A stretch of DNA of 64,000 nt from an uncultured Actinomycetota bacterium (lineage in GTDB: Bacteria; Actinomycetota; Actinomycetes; Mycobacteriales; Mycobacteriaceae): positions 3,354-67,353 of the forward strand of contig CAWFQG010000028.1 in assembly GCA_963817825.1 (NCBI GenBank). Reading direction: 5' to 3'. The notes under the pieces are model-generated. The model made no database searches. It was not told the DNA's origin and saw only the letters and a program-made list of their open reading frames with translations. This document shows positions 8,597 through 18,384 of this stretch, in pieces. Made by a program: the position numbers and the translations under genes. Positions within the stretch are counted from its first letter, which is position 1, and each line of letters begins with the position of its first letter.

Positions 8597-9516
8597 CAGT
8601 TCCATACGATCAGCGCATGCGCGGATCCAAGATCTTGATCACCGGACCCAGCGGCCAGGTCGCCGCACCCATCGCACGAGCCCTCGCGGCCGACAACGAG
8701 GTCTGGGGCATCGCCCGCTTCTCCGATGCGGCGGCGCGGGAGAGCCTCGAGAAGGCCGGCGTTCGATGCGAGACCGTCAACCTGTCCGCAGGGGACTTCA
8801 CCGCGATCCCGTCCGACTTCGATTACGTCCTCAACTTGGCGGTGGCCAAGAGTGGCCGGTGGGACAAGGACCTCGGCGCCAACGCCGAGGCGGCTGGCCT
8901 GCTGATGGCGCACTGTCGCGGCGCAAAGGCCTTTCTGCACTGCTCGTCCGCGGCTGTCTACGACCCGCCGGACGACGAGCCCCGGACTGAGCGCTCCGCC
9001 CTGGGTGACAACCACAAGCCTTTGTTCCCAACGTATTCCATCTCCAAGATCGCGGGGGAGGTCGTCGTGCGGACGATGGCGCGTGCGCTTGGCGTGCCCG
9101 CCACCATCGCCCGCCTCAACGTGCCCTACGGCGACAACGGCGGGTGGCCGTTCTTCCACATGGAGATGATGCTGGGCGGCATCCCGATTCCCGTCCCGCA
9201 CGGCGCGCCGGCGCTGTACAACCCGATCCACGAGGACGACATCATCGCAGGCATCCCGAAGCTGCTCGAGGTGGCGTCGGTCCCTGCGACAACCGTCAAC
9301 TGGTGCGGAGAGCAGACCGTCAGCCTCCAGGAGTGGTGTACCTACCTCGGCTCGCTGGTCGGCAAGGAGCCGGTCTTTGAGGAAAGCGCGCAGGCGCTGC
9401 GCGGAAATCCGACCGACGCGACCCGCATGCGCGAGCTGATCGGCGGCACCACGGTCGACTGGCGGGACGGCATGCGCCGGATGGCGGCCAAATTCCACCC
9501 CGAGCTGGTCGGCTAG
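8593..9516 (+). CDS. NAD-dependent epimerase/dehydratase family protein
   Basis: ATGA overlap with upstream gene; ITGPSGQV Rossmann motif, YSISK (YxxxK), RLNVPYG. Confidence 0.85.
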   Translation: MTVPYDQRMRGSKILITGPSGQVAAPIARALAADNEVWGIARFSDAAARESLEKAGVRCETVNLSAGDFTAIPSDFDYVLNLAVAKSGRWDKDLGANAEAAGLLMAHCRGAKAFLHCSSAAVYDPPDDEPRTERSALGDNHKPLFPTYSISKIAGEVVVRTMARALGVPATIARLNVPYGDNGGWPFFHMEMMLGGIPIPVPHGAPALYNPIHEDDIIAGIPKLLEVASVPATTVNWCGEQTVSLQEWCTYLGSLVGKEPVFEESAQALRGNPTDATRMRELIGGTTVDWRDGMRRMAAKFHPELVG

Positions 9517-9522
9517 CTGCCG

Positions 9523-10275
9523 GTGGCCGAGCGCGTCAGGTTCGCCAGCACCACCGGACCCGCTCTGGCAGGCCTGGTTGATCTACCCGAAGGCGACCCG
9601 CGCGGGTGGGGCGTCTTCGCGCACGGCTTCACGCTCGGCAAGGACAGTCCGGCGGCGAGCAGGATCTGCAAGCAGCTCGCCAGCGAGGGCATCGGAATGC
9701 TCCGATTCGACAATCTCGGCCTCGGCGACTCCGAAGGGGACTGGGGTGACGGGTCGTTCTCGAACAAGGTCGCGGACACGGTCCGCGCGGTGGAGTTCAT
9801 GAACGAGTCCGGTCGTGAAGTCCACTTGATCGTCGGCCACTCGTTCGGGGGCGCGGCGGTGATCGCCGCCGCCCATGAGTGCCCGACCGTCAAGGCGGTG
9901 GCGAGCGTCGGCGCGCCCTACGAGCCTGGCCACGTCGAGCGCAACTATGACGCCCTGGTGCAGCGAATCGAGGCCGACGGCGAGGCGCCGTTCCTCGTCG
10001 GCGGCAAGGCGCTCACGCTCAAGCGGCATTTCATCGAAGACGTCCGCAACGCCGATCTCCGCGAGCAGATCCGCACTCTGCGCAGGGCGCTGCTGGTCAT
10101 GCATTCGCCCACCGACAACACCGTCGGGATCGCCAACGCGAGCGAGATCTTTCGCGCCGCCCGGCACCCCCGCAGTTTCGTCTCACTCGAGGGCGCTGAT
10201 CATCTGCTCACCGGCAAGAACCAGGCCGCGCGGGCGGCCCGCATCATCAGCGCCTGGTCAGACCCGTATTTGTGA
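9523..10275 (+). CDS. Alpha/beta hydrolase (OsmC-associated type)
   Basis: AHGFTLGKDS, GHSFGG, HSPTD, ADHLL. Confidence 0.9.
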   Translation: MAERVRFASTTGPALAGLVDLPEGDPRGWGVFAHGFTLGKDSPAASRICKQLASEGIGMLRFDNLGLGDSEGDWGDGSFSNKVADTVRAVEFMNESGREVHLIVGHSFGGAAVIAAAHECPTVKAVASVGAPYEPGHVERNYDALVQRIEADGEAPFLVGGKALTLKRHFIEDVRNADLREQIRTLRRALLVMHSPTDNTVGIANASEIFRAARHPRSFVSLEGADHLLTGKNQAARAARIISAWSDPYL

Positions 10276-10360
10276 CGTCGACACTCAGGTTGTTTCGCTG
10301 CGGCATGCCGGGGTAATTCCACTGACAGCCCGACAGATATGTCGACACGTGGGGAAGGTC

Positions 10361-10783
10361 ATGAGTGGAAGACATCGACTCCAGTCCAAGTCGAACCTGA
10401 TAATCGGTTCGATTGCCGCGTCCGTCGGCATCTCGAGCGTGCTGTCCGCTGCGATCGTCGAGTTGGTGTCGTCGGAGCCGCCGACGGACGCGCAGTCCTC
10501 TCAGGAGATCTCTGTGACCCAGCAAGGCAGACTGATCGCGGTCACCGACGATTCGCTCACGGCGCAGAGCGCCAACGGCGAAACCCGAACGTACGCCATC
10601 ACTCCCAACACCGCCGGGATCACCGACAGTAGTGGTCAAAGCACAAGCACAGCAGCATCTTTCGCCGTCAACGACCAGGTGTCCATCGTCGGCACACACC
10701 GGGGCGGAGCGGTCGTCGCCACTGCCGTCACCGATACGTCCATGGTGGGACCGCAGGGTCGGCCTATGGACTCCGGCGTATGA
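10361..10783 (+). CDS. Membrane-anchored hypothetical protein (DUF5666-like beta domain)
   Basis: MSGRH N-terminus, one TM helix, beta-rich segment 'GRLIAVTDDSLTAQ...VNDQVSIVG...VVATAV'. Confidence 0.65.
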   Translation: MSGRHRLQSKSNLIIGSIAASVGISSVLSAAIVELVSSEPPTDAQSSQEISVTQQGRLIAVTDDSLTAQSANGETRTYAITPNTAGITDSSGQSTSTAASFAVNDQVSIVGTHRGGAVVATAVTDTSMVGPQGRPMDSGV

Positions 10784-11606
10784 GACGGCATTCCACGCCG
10801 AAGTGATCGGAGGGGAACAGCCGAGGTTCTTCAGCCGAAATCGGTTCGGTGCCGAGTAACTCGACAGACGCAGCGCCCCAATCATTCCCTTTGAGCAGCA
10901 CGCGGTCGAATCGAACGTGCCTGTGCTTGGTCTTCATGTCATAGCGCATCAGGTTGATCGTGGTGTCTTCGGTGAAGCCGTCTTCGTGTGGTCTCAAGTC
11001 CGGCCACACGTCGCAGTAGGGCGCGGCGATGCGCGCGTTCTCTGCGTCGCGCATATTGAAATCACCAAGCACCACAGCGTTCTCCACCGGCTTCAGCGTG
11101 CGGAATACTCTGCCCAGCTGCCAGGAACGCAGCCGTGACGAGGACTTCCCGCTGTCGAGATGTATGCAGCAGACGACGTCGCGAGTGCCGTTGAGGGCGA
11201 GCTCGGCCTGAAGGAACCCGCGCGACTGGCGGGTGGGTAGCCGCGTATAGGTGACCCCGGTGACGGGCAGCCGGGACAGCATCAGCATTCCGTAGTCGCC
11301 CACGTCGCCGCCGACAACCGCCGCGCGCGTGTAGTCGTGGCGGATCCACGGCTGGGCGAGGAAGACTTCGAGCGCGGCCGGAGTGACTTCCTGGAATACC
11401 ATGATGTCGGGCGCGCGCCGGGAAAGCAGTTCCGCCACAGCGAGATTGCGCCGTTCGGCGTCGAGGGGGGCGTTCCAGATGTTGTACGTCGTGATGGTCA
11501 GGTCGTCGTGGTCGACGGCACCCGTGACGTCCACGTCCGTCCATCGACCGGTCGCCGAATCGAACGTTCCGACCGGAACGCTGCGGCGTCGCCGAAGGAG
11601 TCTCAC
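10764..11606 (-). CDS. Endonuclease/exonuclease/phosphatase (TDP2-like)
   Basis: EEP motifs TYNIW, QEV, HLDS, LGDFN, RFDRV, SDHFGV; GTG 11606 overlaps the upstream stop. Confidence 0.9.
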   Translation of the reverse strand: MRLLRRRRSVPVGTFDSATGRWTDVDVTGAVDHDDLTITTYNIWNAPLDAERRNLAVAELLSRRAPDIMVFQEVTPAALEVFLAQPWIRHDYTRAAVVGGDVGDYGMLMLSRLPVTGVTYTRLPTRQSRGFLQAELALNGTRDVVCCIHLDSGKSSSRLRSWQLGRVFRTLKPVENAVVLGDFNMRDAENARIAAPYCDVWPDLRPHEDGFTEDTTINLMRYDMKTKHRHVRFDRVLLKGNDWGAASVELLGTEPISAEEPRLFPSDHFGVECRLIRRSP

Positions 11607-12574
11607 CGAATCTTGACGACGACCTTGCCCTTGGCGGTTCGGTCCTCCAGCGACGCGATGGCCTCGCCCGCCCGCTCCAGCGGATAGATCTCGGGTTGGG
11701 GTGCGGACACGGCCCCCGAGGCGAGCAGGGGTTCCAGCTCCGCCCATTGCTCACTGAGGTAGCCGGGATGGGTCCCGGCCCACGCGCCCCAGCCGACGCC
11801 CACGGCATCGACATTGTTGAGCAGCAGACGGTTGACCTTGACCGTAGGGATCTCGCCTCCGGTGAACCCGATGACGAGGAGCCTGCCGCCCGGCGCCAGG
11901 CAGCGCAGCGAGTCGGTGAACCGGTCACCGCCGACGGGGTCGACCACGATGTCCACCCCGCGCCCGCCCGTCAAATCCTTGACCGCGTCCTTGAAACCGT
12001 CGGCCAGCACCACATCGGATGCGCCTGCAGCCTTGGCAATTGAAGTCTTGGCCGCATCGCCGACGACCGCGATTGTCCGCGACGCTCCCCACGCCGGCGC
12101 CAGGCGCAGCGTCGACGTGCCGATGCCGCCCGCGGCGCCGTGCACGAGCACGGTCTCGCCGTCGGCCAGCCGACCGCGGGTGCGCAACGCGTGATGCGTG
12201 GTGAGGTCGTTGAACAGCACACCCGCGCCGGCCTCGAAGGACACCGCATCCGGCAGCTTGAACACCCTGTCCGGTGGCAGCGCAACGACTTCGGCCATGC
12301 CGCCGTTCAGCATCGTGAGCCCTGCGACGCGATCGCCCTTCGTGAAACCGCTGCCGGCGGGCGCACTGCGCACAACGCCTGCGATCTCGGCGCCCGGCAC
12401 GAACGGCAGCTCGGCCTTGTGCTGGTAGAGCCCACGCGATTGCAGCGCGTCCGGGAATGCCACCCCGGCCGCGTGCACGTCGATGAGTACCGCGCCGTCG
12501 CCGGTCGGCTCGTCGATCTCGACGAGCTTCGCAGCCTGCGGCCCGTCGAGGCTGGCTATCTGAATTGCGCGCAT
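11603..12574 (-). CDS. fadB4: NADPH:quinone oxidoreductase (zeta-crystallin/MDR), Rv3141-like
   Basis: AAGVAFPD, HGAAGGIG, VKVNRLLLNN, AKGKVV; closely resembles my recollection of Mtb FadB4. Confidence 0.85.
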   Translation of the reverse strand: MRAIQIASLDGPQAAKLVEIDEPTGDGAVLIDVHAAGVAFPDALQSRGLYQHKAELPFVPGAEIAGVVRSAPAGSGFTKGDRVAGLTMLNGGMAEVVALPPDRVFKLPDAVSFEAGAGVLFNDLTTHHALRTRGRLADGETVLVHGAAGGIGTSTLRLAPAWGASRTIAVVGDAAKTSIAKAAGASDVVLADGFKDAVKDLTGGRGVDIVVDPVGGDRFTDSLRCLAPGGRLLVIGFTGGEIPTVKVNRLLLNNVDAVGVGWGAWAGTHPGYLSEQWAELEPLLASGAVSAPQPEIYPLERAGEAIASLEDRTAKGKVVVKIR

Positions 12575-12666
12575 CGCACCATTTAACAGCCTCGCGAGAG
12601 AGGGCCCAACGACGCCTGTCGTACGATTTGCCGGCGGCAGCGTTGCCGCGATCGATCGGAGTAGCC

Positions 12667-13638
12667 ATGCCACGCGGTCCGCGGGTGAACGGCAGTACGC
12701 GGCGACTAGCCGCTGTCGATGCGTTGCCGCCGGGCCGCCCGATGGCCGTGCGCGCGAGCGACGGCACACTCCTGCACGCCGAGGTATTCGGTCCCGAGGA
12801 CGGCTATCCGATCGTGCTCTCTCACGGCATCACCTGTGCCATCCGCGTGTGGGCCTACCAGATCAACGATCTGGCCAGGGACTTTCGGGTGATCGCATAC
12901 GACCACCGCGGTCACGGCCGCAGCGGCGCGCCGACTCGGCGTGCGAACTACGGCCTGAACTTCCTTGCCGCCGATCTCGACGCCGTTCTGGAGGCGACAC
13001 TGCGGCCCGGCGAGCGTGCCGTCATCGCGGGCCATTCCATGGGCGGGATCGCGATCACCTCGTGGGCCGAGCGTTATCCGCGGCGGGTGAGCGAGCGCGC
13101 CGACGGCGTCGCCCTGATCAACACCACCACCGGCGAGGTGCTGCACCACGTCAAGTTGGCGCCCGTGCCCGCGCGGCTGACCGACGCCAGGGTGCGGACC
13201 GCGGGAACACTGCTGAAGACGTTCGGCGCGGCGCCGCTGGTGCGCGCAGTGGACCGGCCGAGCAGGCGGTTCGTCTCGGTGATCGCGGTTGGGCGCGATG
13301 CGGACCCGGCGATCGCCGATCTCGTCTACGAGCTGTTCATGGCCACGCCTGCGGCCTCCCGTGGCGGCTGGACCCGCGCGCTGGTCGACGCGCTCGGGAC
13401 GCACAAGCACATCGGGCTGCAGAACCTCACGGTGCCGACGCTGGTCATCGGCAGCGAGGAGGACCGGCTGCTGCCGATGGTCTCGTCGCGCCACATCGCG
13501 AGAACGGCGCCCAACGTGGCGGAGTTCGTCGAGCTCTCCGGCGGGCACTGCGCAATCCTCGAGCGACCCGACGAGGTGAACAGGCAGCTGCGCTGGCTCG
13601 TCGAGTCGATCGGCCAGGAGCGGCGCGCCACGTCCTAG
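12667..13638 (+). CDS. hpx: Alpha/beta hydrolase, non-heme haloperoxidase Hpx-like
   Basis: [20 protein letters not shown]; convergent with aofH as for Rv3170/Rv3171c. Confidence 0.8.
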   Translation: MPRGPRVNGSTRRLAAVDALPPGRPMAVRASDGTLLHAEVFGPEDGYPIVLSHGITCAIRVWAYQINDLARDFRVIAYDHRGHGRSGAPTRRANYGLNFLAADLDAVLEATLRPGERAVIAGHSMGGIAITSWAERYPRRVSERADGVALINTTTGEVLHHVKLAPVPARLTDARVRTAGTLLKTFGAAPLVRAVDRPSRRFVSVIAVGRDADPAIADLVYELFMATPAASRGGWTRALVDALGTHKHIGLQNLTVPTLVIGSEEDRLLPMVSSRHIARTAPNVAEFVELSGGHCAILERPDEVNRQLRWLVESIGQERRATS

Positions 13639-15071
13639 CCCGACAGCTCCCGGTGCACCTCGGCGGCCGCCCGCCGCCCGGACCGCACCGCCCCGTCGAG
13701 GAACCCTGTCCACTCGTCGGCGGTTTCGGTGCCTGCCCAGAAGATTCGCTCTACCGGCTTGCGTAGCCACGGCCCGTAGCTGGTCCACGACCCGGGCGGC
13801 ACTGCGGCCGTCGGTCCGCCGGGTGCGAAATCCTCTGCCCCCCAACAGTGATCGAGATAGTCGACCGGTTGCAGCGCCTCGTCGCCGAACAGGGTCGCGA
13901 ACCCGGCCAGGGCGCGCTCGCGGCGTTCGGCCTGCGTCAGCGAATCGAACGTGCGCGCATCCGTGAAGCCCAGCAGGATGCCGGGACCCTTCTCGTCGGG
14001 GCTGACGTCGAACGTGATGAACACCGGCCCCTCGTCGGACAGCGCCTCACCGGAGCATCCGTTGGCCCGCCAGAACGGCGTCGCGTATGCGGCGTAGGCC
14101 TTGCTCAGATTTCCCTGTGGCCAGTGCTGCGCGAGCTTCTCGTACTCGGCGGGCAGGGCGGGGGAGAAGTCGATGGCCGCGCGGTGGGCCGGCGGGATGG
14201 CCACGATGACCGCCCTGGCGGTGATGTCGCCGCTGTCGGAGCCGACGGTGATGGTGCCGTCGGCGTGCCGCTCGATGCGGCGAACGACGGCGTTCCTCCG
14301 AATGCGCGGCCCCAGCTCGTCGGCCATCCGCAACGCGATCTGCTGGGTGCCGCCGGGGAAGCGGTCCTGCTGTGCGCCGCCCTCCACGTCGAGCATCCGC
14401 CCGAGTCCGCCCGCGGCCTTGACGTAGCGCACGGCGTGCAGCATGGACACCTGGTCGGGCTCGCACCCCCAGGTCGCCCTTGCCATGATCGCCATAAGGT
14501 CACGCGTCGACGCGCTGGCATGCAGTGAGCGCAACCAGCCATCGAGCGACTGCTCGTCGAGGGCGAGCGCATGGGGGGCGGTCCACGGCTCCGCGACGCT
14601 GACACGTCGCGAAACCCGATCGAATCGCCACTGGATGCGGGAGACGTCGAACAGTTCGAGCATCGACAGCCGCGGAATGGTGCTGCGATACGCGCGGACC
14701 CGGCCGCGCCACCGGATCAAGTTCTTGCCTCGGACGTGGGTCCGCACCGTCTCGCATCCCAGTTCGCGCGCCAGCTCGATGACGGCGTCCTGCGTCGGAC
14801 CCACGAACGTTCCGCCCAGGTCGACCGGGGTTCCCGCGATCGTCGCGGTCGACGACCTGCCGCCGACCCGGTCGCGGCCCTCCATTACGACGACGTCGTA
14901 TCCGAGCCGGACCAGTTCGCGTGCCGCGGACAGCCCCGCGAACCCCGCTCCGACGACGAGGACGTCGGCGTTGGCCGTCTGTCGCCCTGCCCTTCGGGCG
15001 GGTGGGCCCCCCGCTTGCGTGGGGAGTGCCCCCACTTCGCGCGAGCGCTCATCGCCGGTTGCGTGTGTCAC
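13635..15071 (-). CDS. aofH: Flavin-containing monoamine oxidase
   Basis: [48 protein letters not shown]. Confidence 0.9.
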   Translation of the reverse strand: MTHATGDERSREVGALPTQAGGPPARRAGRQTANADVLVVGAGFAGLSAARELVRLGYDVVVMEGRDRVGGRSSTATIAGTPVDLGGTFVGPTQDAVIELARELGCETVRTHVRGKNLIRWRGRVRAYRSTIPRLSMLELFDVSRIQWRFDRVSRRVSVAEPWTAPHALALDEQSLDGWLRSLHASASTRDLMAIMARATWGCEPDQVSMLHAVRYVKAAGGLGRMLDVEGGAQQDRFPGGTQQIALRMADELGPRIRRNAVVRRIERHADGTITVGSDSGDITARAVIVAIPPAHRAAIDFSPALPAEYEKLAQHWPQGNLSKAYAAYATPFWRANGCSGEALSDEGPVFITFDVSPDEKGPGILLGFTDARTFDSLTQAERRERALAGFATLFGDEALQPVDYLDHCWGAEDFAPGGPTAAVPPGSWTSYGPWLRKPVERIFWAGTETADEWTGFLDGAVRSGRRAAAEVHRELSG

Positions 15072-15090
15072 GGGACTAGGCTCTCACGCC

Positions 15091-16071
15091 GTGAAGGTGA
15101 TGACGGCGCTCTACGGGCCCAACAACGCGATCGAGCAGGCGCGAGCCTTCCGCGACGCCGGTGCGAGCGGGGTGTTCACCTTCGAGGGGACGAACGACGT
15201 ATTCGCGCCGCTCACCCTGGCGTCGACGGTCGGTGGTCTCGACCTGATGACCAACGTGGCAATCGCGTTTCCGCGCAACCCGATTCACCTCGCCCACCAG
15301 GCAATCGACCACCAGGTGCTCAGCGAAGGCCGGTTCGCGCTGGGACTGGGCACCCAGATCCGCACGCAAATCGAGAAGCGGTTCGGCGCGGAGTTCGACA
15401 GACCGGTGGCCAGGATGACCGAGCTGATCGCGGCGCTGCGGGCGATCTTCGACTCCTGGACGACGGGCGAGCGGCTCAACTTCCGCGGCGAGTACTACCG
15501 CCATACGTTGATGACACCGAACTTCAGGCCGGCCGAGCATCCTTATGGACCGCCGCCGATCTACGTCGGTGCGCTGGGTCCCCGGCTCACCCGCGCCACC
15601 GCCGAGCACGCCGACGGCCTGCTCGTCATGCCGTTCGGAAGCAAGCGCTTCCTGCACGAGGTGACGATGCCCAACGTGCGGGATGGCCTTGCGGCTGCAG
15701 GAAAGGCGGAAAAGAGCTTCGCGGTGATTCCGGAGATCATCGTGTCCGTCGGAGACGACCACACCGCCACCCGCCGCCTGCTGGGGTTCTACGGCTCCAC
15801 GCCCGCCTACCGCCCGGTGCTCGATGTGCACGGCTGGGGCGAGCTGCAGCCCGAGCTGAATGCGCTGTCGAAACAGGGCCGCTGGGAGGACATGGGTCGG
15901 CTGATCGACGACGACGTGCTGCACGCCATCGCCGCCTGCGGCACGCCCGCCGAGATTGCGGCGCACATCCGTGACCGGGTGGCAGGCGTCTCCGACGAGA
16001 TCTGCCTGTATCAGCCGGGTCCGATCGCGCCGGAGACGTTGGCCGAGATCGTTGACGCGCTCGGCCGCTGA
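15091..16071 (+). CDS. F420-dependent LLM-class oxidoreductase (TIGR03617-like)
   Basis: TNVAIAFPRNP, GLGTQIRTQIEKRFG, YRHTLMTP, FYGSTPAY. Confidence 0.9.
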   Translation: MKVMTALYGPNNAIEQARAFRDAGASGVFTFEGTNDVFAPLTLASTVGGLDLMTNVAIAFPRNPIHLAHQAIDHQVLSEGRFALGLGTQIRTQIEKRFGAEFDRPVARMTELIAALRAIFDSWTTGERLNFRGEYYRHTLMTPNFRPAEHPYGPPPIYVGALGPRLTRATAEHADGLLVMPFGSKRFLHEVTMPNVRDGLAAAGKAEKSFAVIPEIIVSVGDDHTATRRLLGFYGSTPAYRPVLDVHGWGELQPELNALSKQGRWEDMGRLIDDDVLHAIAACGTPAEIAAHIRDRVAGVSDEICLYQPGPIAPETLAEIVDALGR

Positions 16072-16112
16072 CCACATATCGTGGTACCCAGGCAGACCAG
16101 AAGGGGAGCCGT

Positions 16113-17621
16113 ATGGGCCATGAGCGCTTGCGCGAAGAGCAGACTGACTCCGAGGGCGAATACTCCGACGTTCTGATCATCGGCGCGGGTATCTCAGGGA
16201 TCGGCGCGGCCTACCGCATTCATGAGAAGAACCCCAACCTGTCCTACACCGTGCTGGAACGGCGGGAGCGGATCGGCGGTACATGGGACCTCAATCGGTA
16301 TCCGGGCATCCGGTCCGACAGCGACATCTTCACGTTGAGCTATCCGTTCGAGCCGTGGACGCGCCCGGAGTACGTCGCCGACGGCGCTGACATCCGCGAG
16401 TACCTGACGGCGACCGCCCGTAAATACGGCATCGATAAGCACATCCGCTTCAACACCCGCGTGCTTTCGGCCGACTGGGATTCGGGCACCGACACCTGGA
16501 CGGTGCAGACGGAGGTCGACGGCGAGTCCAAGTCCTACCGCGGTCGGTTCGTGTTCTTCGGCTCCGGCTACTACAACTACGACGAGCCGTACAGGCCGGA
16601 CTTTCCCGGCATCGATCAGTTCAGCGGCGAGGTCGTGCACCCTCAATTTTGGCCCGAGGATTTGGACTACAGCGGCAAGAAGTTGGTGGTGATCGGCAGC
16701 GGCGCGACGGCGGTCAGCATGATCCCGTCGCTGACCGAGAAGGCATCTCATGTGACCATGCTCCAGCGCTCGCCGTCCTACCTGCTGTCGACACCGCGGA
16801 TAAATCCCGTCGTGCAGGCATTTCGGAAGGTGCTGCCATCGCGGGCCGCCGATGCGGCGATTCGGTTGTTCGCCAAGACATTTACGGTGCTGATCTATGC
16901 GGTCGCCCGCGGCGCACCCCGCTTCAGCAAGCGGTACATCCGCAGTAACGCGAAACGCAATCTGCCGAAGGACTATCCCGTCGACGTCCACTTCAAGCCT
17001 CGGTACGACCCGTGGGATCAGCGGTTGTGCGTCATGGTCGACAACGACTTCTACGAAGTGGTCGGTGATGGCCGCGTAGACGTGGTGACCGACCACATCG
17101 ACCACATCGACGCCGACGGTGTGGTACTGCGCTCCGGCAAGCGGATTGACGCCGATGTCATCATCACCGCAACGGGTATCCAGTTGCAGGCACTCGGCGG
17201 TGTCGCGCTGAGCATCGACGGCGCGGAGGTCAAACCGCAGGACAGGTTCGTCTACAAGGAGCACTTGCTCGAGGATGTGCCGAACGCGGCGTGGTGCGTC
17301 GGCTACATCAACGCGTCATGGACGCTTCGGGCCGACCTGACTGCCCGTGCCGTGGCAAGGCTGTTGGCGTACATGGGTTCTCACGGCTACACCCACGCGT
17401 ACCCGCACCTCGGCGACGTTCCGATGCAGGAGAAGCCGGCGTGGAACATCAACGCGGGCTACGTTCAGCGGGCCTTGCACGCGCTGCCGAAGTCGGGCAC
17501 CCGCAGGCCGTGGAATGTGCGGCACAACTATGTGCTGGACGCGATCGATCACCGCTTCGACCGGATCGAGGAGTCGATGGTGTTCGGCCGGGTGGACGCC
17601 AAGGCCACGCAGTCAGCCTAG
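16113..17621 (+). CDS. Baeyer-Villiger-type flavin monooxygenase (EthA-like)
   Basis: GAGISG, YPGIRSDSD, fingerprint FSGEVVHPQFW, GSGATA, MLQRSPSY. Confidence 0.9.
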   Translation: MGHERLREEQTDSEGEYSDVLIIGAGISGIGAAYRIHEKNPNLSYTVLERRERIGGTWDLNRYPGIRSDSDIFTLSYPFEPWTRPEYVADGADIREYLTATARKYGIDKHIRFNTRVLSADWDSGTDTWTVQTEVDGESKSYRGRFVFFGSGYYNYDEPYRPDFPGIDQFSGEVVHPQFWPEDLDYSGKKLVVIGSGATAVSMIPSLTEKASHVTMLQRSPSYLLSTPRINPVVQAFRKVLPSRAADAAIRLFAKTFTVLIYAVARGAPRFSKRYIRSNAKRNLPKDYPVDVHFKPRYDPWDQRLCVMVDNDFYEVVGDGRVDVVTDHIDHIDADGVVLRSGKRIDADVIITATGIQLQALGGVALSIDGAEVKPQDRFVYKEHLLEDVPNAAWCVGYINASWTLRADLTARAVARLLAYMGSHGYTHAYPHLGDVPMQEKPAWNINAGYVQRALHALPKSGTRRPWNVRHNYVLDAIDHRFDRIEESMVFGRVDAKATQSA

Positions 17622-17709
17622 GTTTCGAGCACGCCCATTCAACGGACGTTCACCTCGCGTATGCATTTGGTTTGCCTTTTGTACCAACGCCATAGCTTTA
17701 TGGTGCTCT

Positions 17710-18207
17710 ATGCGGTTGTCGGAAAATGCTCTCAAGAAACTCATCAAGGGCACGTTCCTGGCGACCCTCCTGCTGGCGGCCCAAGAGGGCGGTAGGCCGC
17801 TGCATGAAGCGGCGTGGATCCTCGTCGGTGCGTCGCTGACCACGGTGGTCGACGCATACGCAACACATCTCTCGAACCGCAAGTACGACAACCTGCGGGC
17901 CTATGTTCGCAGCCTTTGGATAGGCATCGTCGAGGATTCGCCGCGCACGTTCGCGACCTTCCCGACGGTGTTGCTTCTGTGCTGTGCGTGGACGTTTCAT
18001 TGGAACCACGACCACCGGAATCCGGATGGCACAGTGGTTGCCGGCTACGAGACCATCGTATTGAACGTCAACGTCGTGCTGCTCTTCGTCTTCGCGGTTC
18101 TTGCCGCGCGCCGAATTGGGACCTCGCCACGCGGGACGGTCCTGTTCGGGTTTATGAACGCTGTCCTCGGTTGGCTCATCGTCACGATCGAACTGGCACT
18201 CGAATGA
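17710..18207 (+). CDS. Integral membrane protein, VIT1/CCC1-like topology
   Basis: 4-5 TM helices; more A/T-ending codons than neighbouring genes. Confidence 0.6.
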   Translation: MRLSENALKKLIKGTFLATLLLAAQEGGRPLHEAAWILVGASLTTVVDAYATHLSNRKYDNLRAYVRSLWIGIVEDSPRTFATFPTVLLLCCAWTFHWNHDHRNPDGTVVAGYETIVLNVNVVLLFVFAVLAARRIGTSPRGTVLFGFMNAVLGWLIVTIELALE

Positions 18208-18286
18208 GCGCGCTGGCAGTGATGAGGCCGTGCGCAGGCCGCTTGAATATGTTGCGGTACGACATTTTTCGCGATCCAGCAGCGAC

Positions 18287-18323
18287 TATTGCACAGTTAT
18301 CCACAGTCGTCGTTTCATCCACA
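18287..18323 (+). promoter_or_regulatory. Cluster of DnaA-box-like 9-mers
   Basis: TTATCCACA (18297-18305, perfect), TCATCCACA (18315-18323), TATTGCACA (18287-18295, degenerate), all same orientation. Confidence 0.5.
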
Positions 18324-18347
18324 GGTAGTGGTTGACGTGGTGGTTTG

Positions 18348-18369
18348 GGTCGGCGGGAGGTAGTAGATT
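18348..18369 (+). promoter_or_regulatory. PafBC/RecA-NDp-type DNA-damage promoter
   Basis: GGTCGG-N10-TAGATT vs consensus TGTCGG-N10-TA-N3-T. Confidence 0.6.
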
Positions 18370-18384
18370 CGAATGTATGTTCGA
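18369..18384. promoter_or_regulatory. LexA (SOS) box
   Basis: TCGAATGTATGTTCGA, one mismatch to TCGAAC-N4-GTTCGA, overlapping ATG 18377. Confidence 0.8.

Noticed and set aside
18287-18323. Replication origin
   Set aside because: Only 2-3 boxes, no AT-rich unwinding element, no dnaA/dnaN nearby; kept only as a regulatory observation
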